Below are positions 62,781 to 64,000 of a stretch of DNA of 64,000 nucleotides, piece by piece. Under the pieces are notes generated by a model. It had not been told where the DNA came from and did not search any database. It saw only the letters and a list, made by a program, of their open reading frames with translations. The DNA comes from an uncultured Actinomycetes bacterium (GTDB lineage: Bacteria > Actinomycetota > UBA4738 > HRBIN12), in NCBI GenBank assembly GCA_963714865.1, contig CAVQPR010000001.1, forward strand, positions 2,387,560 to 2,451,559. Direction: 5' to 3'. The number at the start of each line of letters is the position of its first letter. Position 1 is the stretch's first letter. The position numbers and the translations under genes are program-made.

Positions 62781-63352
62781 CCGCCGCCGGCCGCCTCGGA
62801 CGGCACCGCGGGCCGGGTCGCCCACGCCAGCATCAGTATCCCTCCCGCGAATCCGAGCATGGCGCCCGCCAGGGTGATCCACAGGCCCGGCTCGATGGTT
62901 GTCACGATGGACAGCTGCTCGTAGGCCTGTTCGACGATGATCCGAGCATCCTCGGTCGACCCTGCCTCGGCGCGATCGACCAGCTCGTCGACCGCCGCAT
63001 TCTGAAGCTGAGAGCTACCCGTGACGACCGCGGCTCCGGCGACTCCCATCCCTACGACGGCGGCGACGATCATCACGACGGCGACGGCCGATCGGACGCG
63101 GCCGCGCGCCGGACGGCTCGCGAGCGCCCCGAACAACAGCACGAGCGCGCACCCGAACACGATCCTTCCCTCCCACAGGTCGACGCCGACGAACGAGAGG
63201 GTCAGCACCTCGGTGGGATCCTCGCTCGGGCCGACCGTGGCCCAGACGCGGAGGGCGCCCATCCCCATCGCGAGGGCCGCCGCGATGCTGAGCCCGAAGG
63301 CCCAGAGTCGGAGCGCCGCATCTGCGGAGGCAGGACTTGCGTCGTCGGGCAT
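62777..63352 (-). CDS. Hypothetical membrane protein (4 predicted TM segments)
   Basis: ATG 63352 within ORF 62777..63436. LRLWAFGLSIAAALAMGMGALRVWA...IVFGCALVLLFGALA...AVAVVMIVAAVVGMGVAGAAVV...GLWITLAGAMLGFAGGILMLAWA. Confidence 0.65.
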   Translation of the reverse strand: MPDDASPASADAALRLWAFGLSIAAALAMGMGALRVWATVGPSEDPTEVLTLSFVGVDLWEGRIVFGCALVLLFGALASRPARGRVRSAVAVVMIVAAVVGMGVAGAAVVTGSSQLQNAAVDELVDRAEAGSTEDARIIVEQAYEQLSIVTTIEPGLWITLAGAMLGFAGGILMLAWATRPAVPSEAAGGG

Positions 63353-63426
63353 GCGGCGCAGTGTCCCATCCCGGCCCGTCGGGTTCCAATCGGCCGCGGA
63401 CCCGCGCCGCCGGATACCATCCGCCC

Positions 63427-63603
63427 ATGACACCACGACGCTCCGTTCCCGAGCGGTTCAGGTACCACGCACGCGCGTTCTTCACGAACTGGCACGAGTA
63501 CGACGCCTCGGTCGGCGCCAAGGTCGCCATGACCCTCCGCAACCGCGTCAGGGCGCTCAACCGAACCGGCTGTTGCGGCCACCACGGCCAGCCGGGCTGT
63601 TGA
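63427..63603 (+). CDS. Small (58-aa) basic protein ending in a Cys/His cluster, CCGHHGQPGC
   Basis: ATG 63427 within ORF 63337..63603. MTPRRSVPERFRYHARAFFTNWHEYDASVGAKVAMTLRNRVRALNRTGCCGHHGQPGC. Confidence 0.5.
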   Translation: MTPRRSVPERFRYHARAFFTNWHEYDASVGAKVAMTLRNRVRALNRTGCCGHHGQPGC

Positions 63604-63679
63604 CAGCTCCCCACGGACCCCGGTCGGGGTCCCGGCGATCACGATCACCCGGGTCCGGGAGCGCACGGGCATTGAAGCG

Positions 63680-64000
63680 CTAGCTGGGACCGGGCTCCCA
63701 CGCGGACACCGTCGAGGCGAGCTCCTCGCCTAGCCGCATCGTCGTCGATGTTCCGCCGAGGTCGGGCGTGCGCACGGCGCCGCGCCGCAGGACCTCGTCG
63801 ACGGCCCACTCCACATTGGCGGCCGCGCCGGGCTCCCCGATGTGTCGCAGGAGCATCGCCCCCGACAGGACCATGGCGATCGGGTTGGCCAGGCCCTGGC
63901 CCGCGATGTCGGGTGCGCTGCCGTGGACCGGCTCGAATACCGCGTACTCCCAGCCGATGTTGGCCCCCGGCAGCAGCCCGAGCCCGCCGACGAGGCCCGC
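63680..64000 (-). CDS. leuB: 3-isopropylmalate dehydrogenase-like protein, C-terminal part (5' end outside the window)
   Basis: The frame of ORF 63680..63874 stays open to position 64000. ...[48 protein letters not shown]... Confidence 0.8.
   Translation of the reverse strand, partial: AGLVGGLGLLPGANIGWEYAVFEPVHGSAPDIAGQGLANPIAMVLSGAMLLRHIGEPGAAANVEWAVDEVLRRGAVRTPDLGGTSTTMRLGEELASTVSAWEPGPS

Overview
High-GC (about 70% by eye, not computed) actinobacterial-type core chromosome. Gene density is near 95%, and I saw no rRNA, tRNA, CRISPR array, transposase, integrase or phage block. Left to right on the + strand unless noted:

- 1-13.9 kb: the large ribosomal-protein cluster, rplC (3' part) to rplQ, including secY-adk-map-infA-rpmJ-rpsM-rpsK-rpoA.
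- 14-16.6 kb: a small accessory insertion, with a cupredoxin lipoprotein on the - strand, truA, and an arsR-arsM arsenic-methylation pair.
- 16.6-29 kb: rplM-rpsI, glmM, glmS, acpS, nnr, alr, a hydrolase, a family-4 UDG, tsaE-tsaB-rimI-tsaD.
- 29-35.5 kb: epimerase-cupin-FAD oxidoreductase, CIRCE-controlled groES-groEL, a Leu/Val-type dehydrogenase.
- 36-41 kb: a phosphodiesterase-family protein coupled to cysC, then guaB3-guaA.
- 41-51 kb: a two-component system, a secreted protein, a class E sortase, pcrA, a DMFase-like protein, alpha/beta-hydrolase and cyclase genes.
- 51-64 kb: an orphan B12-binding mutase subunit, sucCD, purN-purH-folD-MTHFR, citrate synthase, icd, mdh and a partial leuB-like gene.

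The pcrA...sucCD...purNH order matches the M. tuberculosis Rv0949-Rv0957 region as I remember it.

The most striking direct observation is roughly 55 single-base frameshifts confined to two zones (0.3-12.9 kb and 48.8-56.9 kb). They hit universally essential genes, while the 35 kb in between and the last 7 kb read cleanly. I interpret them as consensus indel errors rather than gene decay, but their clustering needs checking.

I found no convincing novel multi-gene system. The best leads are single or paired genes of unknown role:

- the phosphodiesterase-family protein + APS kinase pair
- a zinc-ribbon protein with a duplicated domain
- a small protein ending in CCGHHGQPGC
- a DMFase-like protein + 54-aa membrane peptide
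- a repeat-encoded Lys-rich tail on L13
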